The position numbers and the translations under genes are program-made. Below the pieces are notes generated by a model, which ran no database searches, was not told where the DNA came from, and saw nothing but the letters and a program-made list of their open reading frames with translations. 64,000 bases of DNA, taken from the NCBI GenBank assembly GCA_020629055.1, contig JAHDEB010000006.1:11612-75611 (forward strand). The letters run 5' to 3'. Positions 9,611 through 19,325 of this stretch are shown here, piece after piece (the first letter of the stretch is position 1; every line of letters begins with the position of its first letter). This DNA comes from Chloroflexota bacterium. Lineage in GTDB: Bacteria; Chloroflexota; Anaerolineae; Promineifilales; Promineifilaceae.

Positions 9611-10810
9611 ATGACAACTTTATCAATTGTAATCCCAGCGTATAACGAGGAAGACGGAATCGCCACAATAGCGAACAGGGTTCTTTCTGTTAAACCAGAC
9701 CTCCAAAAAGTGGGGGTAGATGATCTTGAATTACTAGTAGTAGACGATGGATCATCAGATGAAACAGCAAACATTGCTGAATCTATCAATGGCGTGACCC
9801 TCATTAAACATAAAACAAATAAAGGGTATGGCGCAGCCTTGAAAACCGGTTTTAGCAGCGCAAAAGGTGAATTGGTTGGTTTCCTCGATGCGGATGGAAC
9901 ATACCCACCAGAGTATTTTCCAACGTTGTGTACCGCCGCAATGAACGGCAGTGACTTGGTGATCGGGACACGTATGGCTGGTGCAGATAGCCAGATGCCT
10001 AAAACCCGACGTATCGGAAATATCTTTTTTGCAGGCTTATTGAGTTTTATTTCTAAAAAGAAAGTGACAGACTCTGCCAGCGGAATGCGAGTATTTAAAA
10101 AACAAATTTTGGAGCAAATCTACCCATTACCAGATGGTTTGAACTTGACTCCAGTCATGAGCACCCGTGCTATTCATGAAGGCATCCGTATGAAGGAACT
10201 GCCAATTCCTTATAGCGAACGGTTAGGTGCTTCAAAGCTAAGCGTTGTCCATGACGGCCGACTATTTCTCGAGTCGATGATTTGGACCGCCTTGACCTAT
10301 AACCCGGTCCGAATTTTAGGCTTAGTTGGTATGTTGGGGATGTTTATCGCCGTGGCGATTTTTGCAGCATTAGCCTTCACCCGTATGAGTGGGGTAACTG
10401 AGTTAAGCACACGCGGTGTTACAGCCGTAATGGGGGCTATGGTCGCATTAGTGACCGGTGTTAGTCTCTTTTCTCTCGGCGCAACATTTAACTATCTAAC
10501 CTCCCTCTTCCATAAAAGAGCAATTCGCCAAGGGCTTTTCGGCCGACCACTATTGCGTGCACCACTTGAAAGTTACTTTGGCTGGTTAGGTCCAATCACA
10601 CTAATTGCTGGTCTCGCTTTGGGCGGAACAGTTGCATATTTAACCGCCTCGGGGGCGTGGGATATTAATCGCCTATGGCTTTACTTAGTCGCCAGCGCGA
10701 TGACCATCTTGATGGGTGTTCAATTTATTGTTTATTGGATTCTATTAAACGTATTGTCTGAGTTAAGTCAGCGCGAAGCGAAAATCCAAGACGACTTGAC
10801 GGTAGATTAG
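9611..10810 (+). CDS. GT2 glycosyltransferase of the polyprenyl-phosphate sugar synthase type (GtrB/ArnC/DPM1-like) with C-terminal TM helices
   Basis: SIVIPAYNEE, VVDDGSSDET and LDADGTY (DxD), then about 4 C-terminal hydrophobic helices. GGAGG lies 8 nt upstream of the ATG. Confidence 0.75.
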   Translation: MTTLSIVIPAYNEEDGIATIANRVLSVKPDLQKVGVDDLELLVVDDGSSDETANIAESINGVTLIKHKTNKGYGAALKTGFSSAKGELVGFLDADGTYPPEYFPTLCTAAMNGSDLVIGTRMAGADSQMPKTRRIGNIFFAGLLSFISKKKVTDSASGMRVFKKQILEQIYPLPDGLNLTPVMSTRAIHEGIRMKELPIPYSERLGASKLSVVHDGRLFLESMIWTALTYNPVRILGLVGMLGMFIAVAIFAALAFTRMSGVTELSTRGVTAVMGAMVALVTGVSLFSLGATFNYLTSLFHKRAIRQGLFGRPLLRAPLESYFGWLGPITLIAGLALGGTVAYLTASGAWDINRLWLYLVASAMTILMGVQFIVYWILLNVLSELSQREAKIQDDLTVD

Positions 10811-11036
10811 GCAAATTCCTGAAATATTTATGGTAGAGCCATGGTCTTTTGCCCCTCTACCAAACTATGATTGTTCTGGTCCATTGCATCTGTAAAATGA
10901 GAATGGGCCAAAACTACGTGATTTTAAGAAGAAAGATTCGATCCACGGTTTAAACAGAAGCGCATAGAAGCCAAAAGCACCATGCCGTGAAGATCTCAAA
11001 GTCCCAGTTCTAACTGGAAGAGGTGCGGAGTACATT

Positions 11037-12716
11037 ATGACTGATAAAAAAGAAGCGAAGCCATTTGACCCACTAAAGGCAAACTTAGGGACACGCCGTG
11101 TACCTAAGTTGCGAATGGCAAATTTCCCAAATGCAGATGATATCGTCCAAGAAGGACTTTTGGAGCAAGATAGTCGGACTGACAAGATGGTCGACATCAT
11201 GTTGGTAAATCCACCAACTCCAGATGGAGAACTATGGATCCGCACCCAGCACCGCGTCGGCCGTAAAACACGTGAAAACATGGTCTGGCCTCAGGTGTCG
11301 TTGGCCCAGATGGCTGCAATGTTGCATCCTGCTTACACAGTAAAAGTAGTTGATGCGAATGCAGAGCGGATGAGCTGGCCAGAGTTTACCGAAATTTTGG
11401 ACGAATATAAGCCAAAATATTACATGACTCAGGTTACCGCTCCTACGCTAGAAAATGACATGTATGGCTGTTTCTTGGCAAAGGCTCGTGGCGCTCAAAC
11501 GATCGCATTTGGTACACACGTTACCCCAATCCCAAAAGAAACTTTGCGCCCGTTCCCAACGCTTGACTATGTCATCGTGGGTGAACCAGACCTAACCATT
11601 CGCGACCTGCTAGACAATCTAGAAAATCGCTTCGAGCTAAGATCTCCAGAGATTTTGAACATCTTCGAGAAACATGATCCACAATATCAACCAGCAATCC
11701 AAGATGATGGTACGCTTGATATGCATCGTATTAAGGGGATCGCATGGCGGAACAAAGATGAAGTTGTCCTGAATCTAACCCGTCCATTTATCCCGGATTT
11801 AGATGATTTGCCGATGCCGATGCACGAATTGTTGCCATTAACCAGCTATCGGATGCCATTGATTAAAGGTCCATTCACCTTTATCGTCACAAGCCGTGGT
11901 TGCCCTGCTGGCTGTACGTATTGCATTAAGCATGTTAGCTACCAGTTTAGCACCCGTTTACGCTCTCCGAAGCTAATTATGGAAGAGTTGTGGGGATTAA
12001 AGAAACAAGGCATCAACAACATTCATATGTATGCTGACCTGTTCACGGTTAATCGTGATCAAGTCATGGAACTCTGTGAATTGATGATTAAAGAAAAAAT
12101 CAATATCAAGTGGACGTGTAACAGTCGCGTCGACTATGTTGATGCCGATATGCTGAAGATGATGGCTAAAGCTGGAAACTGGCTGATTTCTTGGGGTATT
12201 GAAAGCGGTAATGAACAGATTTTGCGTAAAGCACGCAAAGGCGCATACCCAGACAAAGCGGCCAAAGGTTTGCAATGGGCGCGTGATGCGGGCATCAAGA
12301 ACTGGGGGTACTTTATCATCGGACTTCCTGGTGAAACCGAAGAAACGATCCAAGATACGATCGCATTCTCTAAAAAACTGCCTCTTGATATCGCATTGTT
12401 TCACGTTGCAGCTCCTTATCCTGGGACTCCATTCTTCTTTGAAGTTGTTAAAAACGGATGGTTCAGGGCCGGAACGCGCTGGGAGCAGGTTGATATGGAT
12501 AAGGGAACAGTTTTAGACTACCCTGAACTTTCGGCCGAGCAGTTGCTTTATTGGCAGAAGCGAGCATTCCGTGAGTGGGCATTCCGTCCAGGACCTATTT
12601 TCACATACATGAAAATGCTTATGTCAGACTGGTCGACACTACGTTCTGCTTGGGAAGTTGGAATTTCTCACTTGAATTGGTCATCAACTGACAGCGGTAT
12701 GCCACAGTCTCATTAG
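11037..12716 (+). CDS. Cobalamin-binding-domain radical SAM enzyme (class B rSAM)
   Basis: N-terminal B12-binding-type domain (MLVNPP..., VVDANAE, GEPD) and the radical-SAM cluster motif SRGCPAGCTYC (CxxxCxxC). GGAG lies 6 nt upstream of the ATG. Confidence 0.8.
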   Translation: MTDKKEAKPFDPLKANLGTRRVPKLRMANFPNADDIVQEGLLEQDSRTDKMVDIMLVNPPTPDGELWIRTQHRVGRKTRENMVWPQVSLAQMAAMLHPAYTVKVVDANAERMSWPEFTEILDEYKPKYYMTQVTAPTLENDMYGCFLAKARGAQTIAFGTHVTPIPKETLRPFPTLDYVIVGEPDLTIRDLLDNLENRFELRSPEILNIFEKHDPQYQPAIQDDGTLDMHRIKGIAWRNKDEVVLNLTRPFIPDLDDLPMPMHELLPLTSYRMPLIKGPFTFIVTSRGCPAGCTYCIKHVSYQFSTRLRSPKLIMEELWGLKKQGINNIHMYADLFTVNRDQVMELCELMIKEKINIKWTCNSRVDYVDADMLKMMAKAGNWLISWGIESGNEQILRKARKGAYPDKAAKGLQWARDAGIKNWGYFIIGLPGETEETIQDTIAFSKKLPLDIALFHVAAPYPGTPFFFEVVKNGWFRAGTRWEQVDMDKGTVLDYPELSAEQLLYWQKRAFREWAFRPGPIFTYMKMLMSDWSTLRSAWEVGISHLNWSSTDSGMPQSH

Positions 12717-12743
12717 ATGATGGGAACTGATTAGATCAAAAAA

Positions 12744-12797
12744 ATTGGCAGTTAGATTAAGGCAAAAGTATATGCCTAACCTAACTGCCAATTTCTG
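12744..12797 (+). terminator. Stem-loop / probable intrinsic terminator after the rSAM gene
   Basis: Perfect 12-bp outer stem ATTGGCAGTTAG (12744-12755) / CTAACTGCCAAT (12781-12792) plus an inner AGGC/GCCT pairing. It is followed by TTCTG, a weak U-tract. Confidence 0.5.
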
Positions 12798-12945
12798 CGT
12801 AGAATACATTTAATACGAGAGTCGCCTACTTTTCGATTAACACCTAACAAAACTTCCTAATTTCTCTATTGTGGTGATAAACCGAGTGGTTTGCAGAATA
12901 TAAAGGTTGTTCCCACACAACGCCATCTCACCAATTGAGGTTGAT

Positions 12946-15750
12946 TTGTCTTTAAAATCAAAGCTACAGAAAAATAGAATCAAGTCGGGCCTTATTTTAC
13001 TAATTTCGCTATTCATTGGGGCGCAAATAGCTTCAGCACAGATTGATAATGAAGGCTGGGGGCAGCCAGTAAATGTATCTAAATCTGGTGCAACATCTAA
13101 CCCAATCATGGTTTCAGATGCATCCAGTATTTTGTATGCGTTTTGGAAAAACTCTGTTGACGGGTATTTTGTCTCCATCAATAGCGCTGGCGAATGGGGG
13201 AATCCGATAAACGGAAACTTCCCATTTGCAACGAGGGCCTATACAGTTGATCTTCCACCAAATGCACCCACTCCTTTATACGATCCATCTATCGCTGCTG
13301 ATAGGCAGTCCGGTTTACATGCCTTTTGGGTGGATAGTGAGGAGACGTTGCGTTACAGCCGTTTTGCGGGATCTGGCAATATTTGGTCTCTTCAAAGCTG
13401 GACCGCACCATCTAATTTAGATAATGATGTAGTCAAGGTTGTGGCGACTACAAGTTTGAATAATCAACTGCATGTCGTTTATACACGTCGAGCTGGAATA
13501 GGGGTTTCCTCGGGCCTGTACCATCGAGCATCGTCGGATCGAGGGCAATCTTGGAGCGAATCAAGACAAATATATTCTTCCTCTTTCTTTAGCCAAGCTT
13601 CGGCCGAATCTTTCCATATTGAATTTTTTGAATCTGGCGGGCAACTATCTCTTGTGTGGGATGATGTTTTTACCGAGCAAGTATTTTATTCGAGTTTTGA
13701 CCCGAGTGGTGCTTGGCTAAAACCCGCGATTATCGATCGACGGCAAGAGAGCGATTCTGCATCATCAACTGGCCCTAATGACATTCATGGGGCTGCATCA
13801 GGTGGGGAACAATTCCTTTTTTGGATTGCTGGACACGATGATGAAGCTTGTTCACTTTATTGGCGAAAGTCAGCTGATCAAGGTGAAACTTGGACTTTTC
13901 CAGAAAAACTGACAAACAATGTAAATGATTGCCCTAATAGTTTTGACGTCATCGAAGACAATGGCCGTCTGATTTTGTTTACTTCAACCGCCCTAAATGA
14001 TGAAGTTCGTTATTTTGAGAATGGAGATTGGAGTCAGACGTCTGATCAAGCCGGGCTGTCAATTTTTAAAGACCCTGTGAGCTTCCGTGATGTTCGTTCG
14101 ACCTGCCCTTACCAGTTTGCATCTCATTTAGGATCGTTGGTTGCGCTTGGGTGTGGATCTGGTGTAACCGAAGATGTTTGGGCCTTTTCAATTCTTCTGT
14201 CAGATTTAGTTTTACCAGAAAATGTAGTATCAACATGGACAGAAAGCTCTCAGATTCTCGCAAATGACAAGGCGGTATTCGCTCCAGAACTTGTAGCTGA
14301 TGCGTCAGGCAATATGCACGCGTTTTGGGTACAAAGCGGTCAGGGTTTTTCAGATAAACCGACTATTCGCCAACCAGGTGAAAGTATTTATTATGCTATA
14401 GGGAATGGCAGTCAATGGTCCGCACCTACCGACGTTTTGGCTGCCAGTGGTGACAACTCAAACCCTGCAGTAGCGTTTTACCCAAAAAACGACAGTCTAA
14501 TGGTGGTATGGGAAGACAGGACGAACCAGCAGCTTCTATTTAGTAAAGTGGCCACCGCGCAAGCTGTCAATTGGCGTGATTGGTCCGAGAATATTGTTAT
14601 TCCAGCTCCTTTCGCAAATCCATCATATCCGGATATCGCTGTTACCAGTGATGGGATGATTCTTGTTTCTTATGCGGTTCCATATAACGAAGATCAAGGT
14701 GTTTATATCGTCTATTCAAAAGATGAGGGTGACACATGGTCTGATCCGATATCTATTCTAGATATAGAAAATGCTTGGGACATCATCATCGATCCACAGA
14801 TTGTAATTGCGGAAAACGACCGACTTCATTTTTCATTTTTAAATCAACTCGCAGCTACAGATGCGATACAAAACGAACTTTATTACCAATTCTTAGACAT
14901 AACGAACTTAGAAGAAAAAGAAATTGAATCCACACTACCCAAGCTGATTCAAAATCAGCTTTTAGAAAACAATAACATCTTGTCCTACAAGTTAGATAAA
15001 GATGAACGATCAAGCGTCGCACATTTAGTATGGCAAGAATGGAATGACACACAGCCAAATTTGTGGGCTCAAACAATTTGGGGGTCCGGCAATCAGAGCT
15101 CTGATCCTGTACAGCTTTCTGGGTTTGGCTTCCCTATTGGGAACCTGAGTATGAACCATGACTCAGATAAGGGATTGCATTTAAATCAAGTATTTTTGGA
15201 AACGATAGCCGGTCGAAGCGAACTGTCTATTCATGGCTGGTTTTATGATGTTTCTCAAAATGGGTGGGTGCCAGAAGGAAGCACAGTTGTTGAAGAAGTT
15301 GATTTTAACCCCTCAAACATTGTGATGATGTCTGGAATCAACACACAAGATATTCAAAACGTGCTGTTTTCAGGGTCAATTGTTGTTGAGGGCCGCCCAG
15401 AACAAGGGCTCTTCTATGTCTCACGCAAAATTGAAAACAAACCAGTCGCAGGTGTCACCAATTCTGAAAATGAGGAGAGCAATGGCGGACAAGTAGAGCA
15501 GGCTATCCCTGCGGCAGAAACAGCTTCACCTACAGCTGTGGGTGAAGCTAGTGAAGATGATGCGGAAGAAATTGTTATTCCACCTAAAACCTTAACAGAA
15601 GAGCAGAAGGTAGAAGTCGAAAGCTCTGCTTTCACATTGTTTACTTCTTCAAATATGATCGTCTCAAGTGGAATTTTGGCACTATTGTTAACCGGTTTCA
15701 TTTTGCTGATGATTGGTGGCTATTACGTTATCAATTTCTTCAGGAAATAA
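12946..15750 (+). CDS. Exported BNR/Asp-box repeat (sialidase-fold beta-propeller) protein with an acidic/Pro-rich linker and a C-terminal TM anchor
   Basis: Asp-boxes SSDRGQSW, SADQGETW and SKDEGDTW. Signal-like N-terminus KSKLQKNRIKSGLILLISLFIGAQIASAQ. C-terminal helix ILALLLTGFILLMIGGYYVINFFRK. There is no ATG before the signal peptide. A TTG at 12946 with GAGG 5 nt upstream is preferred over the TTG at 12907 used by the ORF track. Confidence 0.7.
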   Translation: MSLKSKLQKNRIKSGLILLISLFIGAQIASAQIDNEGWGQPVNVSKSGATSNPIMVSDASSILYAFWKNSVDGYFVSINSAGEWGNPINGNFPFATRAYTVDLPPNAPTPLYDPSIAADRQSGLHAFWVDSEETLRYSRFAGSGNIWSLQSWTAPSNLDNDVVKVVATTSLNNQLHVVYTRRAGIGVSSGLYHRASSDRGQSWSESRQIYSSSFFSQASAESFHIEFFESGGQLSLVWDDVFTEQVFYSSFDPSGAWLKPAIIDRRQESDSASSTGPNDIHGAASGGEQFLFWIAGHDDEACSLYWRKSADQGETWTFPEKLTNNVNDCPNSFDVIEDNGRLILFTSTALNDEVRYFENGDWSQTSDQAGLSIFKDPVSFRDVRSTCPYQFASHLGSLVALGCGSGVTEDVWAFSILLSDLVLPENVVSTWTESSQILANDKAVFAPELVADASGNMHAFWVQSGQGFSDKPTIRQPGESIYYAIGNGSQWSAPTDVLAASGDNSNPAVAFYPKNDSLMVVWEDRTNQQLLFSKVATAQAVNWRDWSENIVIPAPFANPSYPDIAVTSDGMILVSYAVPYNEDQGVYIVYSKDEGDTWSDPISILDIENAWDIIIDPQIVIAENDRLHFSFLNQLAATDAIQNELYYQFLDITNLEEKEIESTLPKLIQNQLLENNNILSYKLDKDERSSVAHLVWQEWNDTQPNLWAQTIWGSGNQSSDPVQLSGFGFPIGNLSMNHDSDKGLHLNQVFLETIAGRSELSIHGWFYDVSQNGWVPEGSTVVEEVDFNPSNIVMMSGINTQDIQNVLFSGSIVVEGRPEQGLFYVSRKIENKPVAGVTNSENEESNGGQVEQAIPAAETASPTAVGEASEDDAEEIVIPPKTLTEEQKVEVESSAFTLFTSSNMIVSSGILALLLTGFILLMIGGYYVINFFRK

Positions 15751-15756
15751 CGAAAC

Positions 15757-17262
15757 ATGGCTAAACGTATGATTTTGACACGATTCTATCCGAGGCAACA
15801 GATTCTTCTTGCTCTTGTCTGGCTGTTGGTGGGTACAACCTTTGTTGGTGGCTTTCAACCTAGTTTTGCTCAAGAGTCTGATGAATTGGATTGGACTTAC
15901 CCTGTTAACGTTCCTCAATATCACAAAGACGGCCGAGCTCCTGTTCTGGTCGCGGATCGTGCAGGGCAAATCCACGGATTTACAGTTGATACGCGCGATG
16001 GTAGTGACTCCGCCCTCGTGTATCGGAAATGGACCAAAAATGTCGGTTGGAAAGTCCCAGTTGATGTTGTTTTACCTCCTCGTTCAGGAACAGTGGCAAT
16101 ACTTGGTGCAGAAATAGACGATTTTGATTTTGTGCATCTTGTTTTTTTTAATGGTGATATTTTCGGGGCAGGCCTTTACCATGTTTCTGCACCCTTAATT
16201 GGTGCAGAATCTGGCATGTCTTGGAGCGAAGTAAACTTAATTGCAGACGCTCCAGGCCCTTTGTCAGAAGGAATGCTGATTGGTGACGGGGAATCGCGCT
16301 TGAATGTAGTTTTTCAAGGGGTAAGTACAGGCTTAGGTTTGTATGAAACCTTTACCTTAGACGGCGGACAAACTTGGTCTAAGCCAGAAATTATTTACTT
16401 ATCTTCCGATGAAGTTTCTCTGCCATCCGCTGTTGATATTCATTTAGATGAGAAGGGTGTACTGCATGCGGTATGGAGCATTTGGAATTCGCAGCGTGGG
16501 GTAGGTGACGAGCTTTTTTATAGTCATCGTGCACCTAATGCTAATGATTGGCGACAACCGACGCTAATCGCAAATCGAACAGGGAGCGAGTACGAATCTG
16601 ACTGGGGGGCTGTGACGTCCACGGGAGATGAGCTATTGATTGTTTATCAAGACAGTTTCCCCGCTTCAAAATTTATGCGCCGGTCGACAGATGGTGGATT
16701 GACTTGGTCAACCCCTGAAAAGCCATGGCCACATATTGGTGAATACGAAAACGCTATATTTGTTAAAGACGGTCAAAATAGATTGCATACCATTATGGGG
16801 AATCGTTATGGAGACTGTTGTCATGGCATGTGGCATGCAAAGTATGTGGATGGGAATTGGGAAGAGTTAAAGCCGATTATTCAAGGACCAAAGACAATAG
16901 ACTTTGACCCCAGCGCACCAGATGCAGTAATTAGCCAAGGTAACCTTATTATGGCCACTTGGTGGATGGACTCTAAAGATCGAAATGGTGCATGGTTTTC
17001 TTATGCCACAATTGATGATATTGCTCCGGTGGCAGAGATTCCGTTGAGGGCACCGGAAATGGAAAATGAAAATCTTGGTGAGGATGAATCCTTATTGGAT
17101 GGTGTGTCTGATTTACCAGCCCCTGCAGAGCTTCCTGATGAATGGAAGGTTGAAGATAGGAACCCCACGACACCACAAGCGATGGCTTTTGGCATAGGCA
17201 TCGGCTTTTTCTCGATATTAGCCGCTTTAGCGGTTTGGTACTTTACTTTTAGACTACGATGA
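15757..17262 (+). CDS. Exported BNR/Asp-box repeat protein, shorter paralog of the upstream gene, with a C-terminal TM anchor
   Basis: Asp-boxes TLDGGQTW and STDGGLTW. Shares the W..PVNV N-terminal motif with the upstream protein. Signal-like LLALVWLLVGTTFVGGFQPSFAQ. C-terminal helix FGIGIGFFSILAALAVWYFTFRLR. Confidence 0.7.
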   Translation: MAKRMILTRFYPRQQILLALVWLLVGTTFVGGFQPSFAQESDELDWTYPVNVPQYHKDGRAPVLVADRAGQIHGFTVDTRDGSDSALVYRKWTKNVGWKVPVDVVLPPRSGTVAILGAEIDDFDFVHLVFFNGDIFGAGLYHVSAPLIGAESGMSWSEVNLIADAPGPLSEGMLIGDGESRLNVVFQGVSTGLGLYETFTLDGGQTWSKPEIIYLSSDEVSLPSAVDIHLDEKGVLHAVWSIWNSQRGVGDELFYSHRAPNANDWRQPTLIANRTGSEYESDWGAVTSTGDELLIVYQDSFPASKFMRRSTDGGLTWSTPEKPWPHIGEYENAIFVKDGQNRLHTIMGNRYGDCCHGMWHAKYVDGNWEELKPIIQGPKTIDFDPSAPDAVISQGNLIMATWWMDSKDRNGAWFSYATIDDIAPVAEIPLRAPEMENENLGEDESLLDGVSDLPAPAELPDEWKVEDRNPTTPQAMAFGIGIGFFSILAALAVWYFTFRLR

Positions 17263-18059
17263 CTACTTATACAAGCAAACGTTCTCACCTGGGTCAGCTC
17301 ATGGCTCATAAAGACCTCCTCATTTCTTGGACTTCGAGGATTGTAAAAGCTCGATACCAGCAATCGCTTTTGGGCGGGTTGTGGGCCATTATGCAACCAT
17401 TGGCATTGGCTTTGATTTTTACTGTTGTTTTTACTTTTTTTGTCCCAATGGACACTGGGTCGACACCGTATGTGGTGTTTTCCTATGCGGCTATGGTTCC
17501 TTGGTTGCTTTTTGATACTTCAATCTCAAGCTCAGTTGTTTCACTGGTGGCTAACATGGGGTTGGTATCGAAAATTTACTTTCCTCGTGAAATCTTGCCG
17601 ATTGCAGAAGTTTTAGCAAGGCTCGTTGACTTTGGAATCGCCTATATTTTACTCATCCTTTTTATGGTCTATTATCAATTGGATGTGTTTACGCTTTCTT
17701 GGCTGTACTTACCAATCATTTTATTCATTCAACTTTGTCTTATTATGGGATTGGGTTTAATCGGTTCGGCCCTTAATGTTTTTTATCGCGATATCAGCCA
17801 TATGGTTGTTCTTATCTTGAAACTTTGGATGTACGCCACTCCGATCATTTACCCGGTTTCAAATATCCCTTCAGAATACGTTGGTTATTACTTTATTAAT
17901 CCAATGGCTGGGATCATTGAATCTTATCGAAATGTTCTCCTTGAGGGTACAGGACTCCATGAATACTTCGGCCTGTCGGCCGTCATATCTGTGACTGTCC
18001 TGGTTTTTGGTTATTGGCTATTCAAAAAACTTGAATTTCAATTTGCGGACATCGTTTAA
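17259..18059 (+). CDS. wzm: ABC-2 type polysaccharide/O-antigen export permease
   Basis: 266 aa with 6 hydrophobic segments. ABC-2 N-terminal signature RIVKARYQQSLLGGLWAIMQPL. ATGA overlap with the upstream stop (17259-17262). Confidence 0.8.
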   Translation: MTTYTSKRSHLGQLMAHKDLLISWTSRIVKARYQQSLLGGLWAIMQPLALALIFTVVFTFFVPMDTGSTPYVVFSYAAMVPWLLFDTSISSSVVSLVANMGLVSKIYFPREILPIAEVLARLVDFGIAYILLILFMVYYQLDVFTLSWLYLPIILFIQLCLIMGLGLIGSALNVFYRDISHMVVLILKLWMYATPIIYPVSNIPSEYVGYYFINPMAGIIESYRNVLLEGTGLHEYFGLSAVISVTVLVFGYWLFKKLEFQFADIV

Positions 18060-18065
18060 ATTATT

Positions 18066-19325
18066 ATGGATTACTCAATCGAATTTAATGACATTGTCAA
18101 ACGATATCGTATTGGCAAGTCAGTTTCATCAGTCAGAGATATTTTTAGAAAAAGTGAAGAGCCGCAGTTTCACTATGCTGTAAATGGCGTTAGTTTTCAG
18201 CTAAAGCCAGGCGAATCGATGGGGATTATCGGGCCAAATGGTGCAGGTAAAACAACAACGCTCAAGCTGCTTTCTGGCGTAACTAAGCCAACCTCAGGTG
18301 AGATTGCGGTGAATGGTCGTTTTTCTGCTCTTATTGAATTGGGGGCAGGGTTTCACCCAGACCTGACCGGCCGCGAAAACGTCTACCTAAATGGGACGAT
18401 CTTGGGAATGAGCCGAGCTGAAATTACTGAACGCTTTGATGACATTCTCGATTTTGCAGGAATCGGGGCATTTATAGACACCCCGGTTAAACGATACTCT
18501 TCCGGAATGTACGCTCGGCTGGGTTTTTCGATCGCGGCCCACGTTGACCCAGACGTGTTGCTTGTTGACGAGGTTTTGGCCGTCGGCGACTTCGCTTTTC
18601 GGGCCAAATGTTACAAGCGGATGGATGACCTACGAGCGAAAGGAACATCTTTAATATTTGTGACGCATGACATGGATGCGGTTCGGCGCGTATGTGACCA
18701 AGGGATGGTTATGTATGGGGGTGAATCGATTTTCCGGGGCACGTCGGCCGAGGCTGTCGTTGCTTATTCGGACGTTGTTCGGCAAGCTGCAAAGAAAGCG
18801 GCTCAGCAAAAAGATATGTCAAATGTCGAAAATGGACTTGCTCAGCGAGTGATGTCATTTGCGGCCGATATCCAAAACGTAAGCATGTTAAACAGCGCGG
18901 GCGAGCTCGCTACATCGTTTGAGCCAGGTGATGAAGCAACCATCGTCGTCGAGTTTGATGCGAATCAAGATATTAAAAGCCCGGTTTTTGCATTTACCAT
19001 TCGCAAACCTGATGGAACTTTAGTCTACGATGCAACGACACAGTGGTTGGACATTGAAACCCCTAGTTTTAAAGCTGGTGATGCCGGGCGTGCTGAGTAC
19101 AAAATCAAACTAAATATTCTTGAAGGTACCTATGACATAGGGGTAGATATGGCGTCGCATGATTTGGATTGCTACATTGACCGAATTGAGCGCGCGATGG
19201 GATTTGCTGTTGTTAATGGCAATGGTGCCAAAGGCATCGCTGACATGCAGCCGGCATTCAATTTTAGCACTACCGGACAAACTAAAGACGATAAAACGAT
19301 AAAAGATGAGCTCCCCCAAAGTTGA
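18066..19325 (+). CDS. wzt: Polysaccharide export ABC ATPase with a C-terminal extension (Wzt_C-like glycan-binding domain)
   Basis: Walker A GPNGAGKTT, signature YSSGMYARLGFS, Walker B LLVDEVLAVGD and H-loop FVTHD. An extra domain of about 170 aa follows the NBD. Confidence 0.8.
   Translation: MDYSIEFNDIVKRYRIGKSVSSVRDIFRKSEEPQFHYAVNGVSFQLKPGESMGIIGPNGAGKTTTLKLLSGVTKPTSGEIAVNGRFSALIELGAGFHPDLTGRENVYLNGTILGMSRAEITERFDDILDFAGIGAFIDTPVKRYSSGMYARLGFSIAAHVDPDVLLVDEVLAVGDFAFRAKCYKRMDDLRAKGTSLIFVTHDMDAVRRVCDQGMVMYGGESIFRGTSAEAVVAYSDVVRQAAKKAAQQKDMSNVENGLAQRVMSFAADIQNVSMLNSAGELATSFEPGDEATIVVEFDANQDIKSPVFAFTIRKPDGTLVYDATTQWLDIETPSFKAGDAGRAEYKIKLNILEGTYDIGVDMASHDLDCYIDRIERAMGFAVVNGNGAKGIADMQPAFNFSTTGQTKDDKTIKDELPQS

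Noticed and set aside
10811-11036. Possible cobalamin riboswitch upstream of the B12-radical SAM gene
   Set aside because: I could not find a B12-box-like core or the conserved paired elements by eye, only a weak 7-bp hairpin (GGTAGAG/CTCTACC). A covariance-model scan would be needed to exclude it formally.
10865-11281. 138-aa minus-strand ORF overlapping the start of the rSAM gene, and the many other embedded antisense ORFs (for example 291-650, 3863-4270, 11997-12404, 19481-19933, 40249-40638, 45074-45466 and 63429-63788)
   Set aside because: All lie antisense within ORFs that carry clear family motifs. They have biased, Arg/Ser/Cys-rich shadow-frame composition and no recognisable domains. 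They are typical of chance open frames opposite real genes.
15600-17262. C-terminal TM plus basic tail of both BNR proteins as an exosortase, sortase or rhombosortase-type sorting signal
   Set aside because: No PEP, LPXTG, GlyGly or other shared motif precedes the helices, only a weak shared A-F. No exosortase, archaeosortase, sortase or rhomboid gene is visible in the window. They are treated as plain C-terminal anchors.
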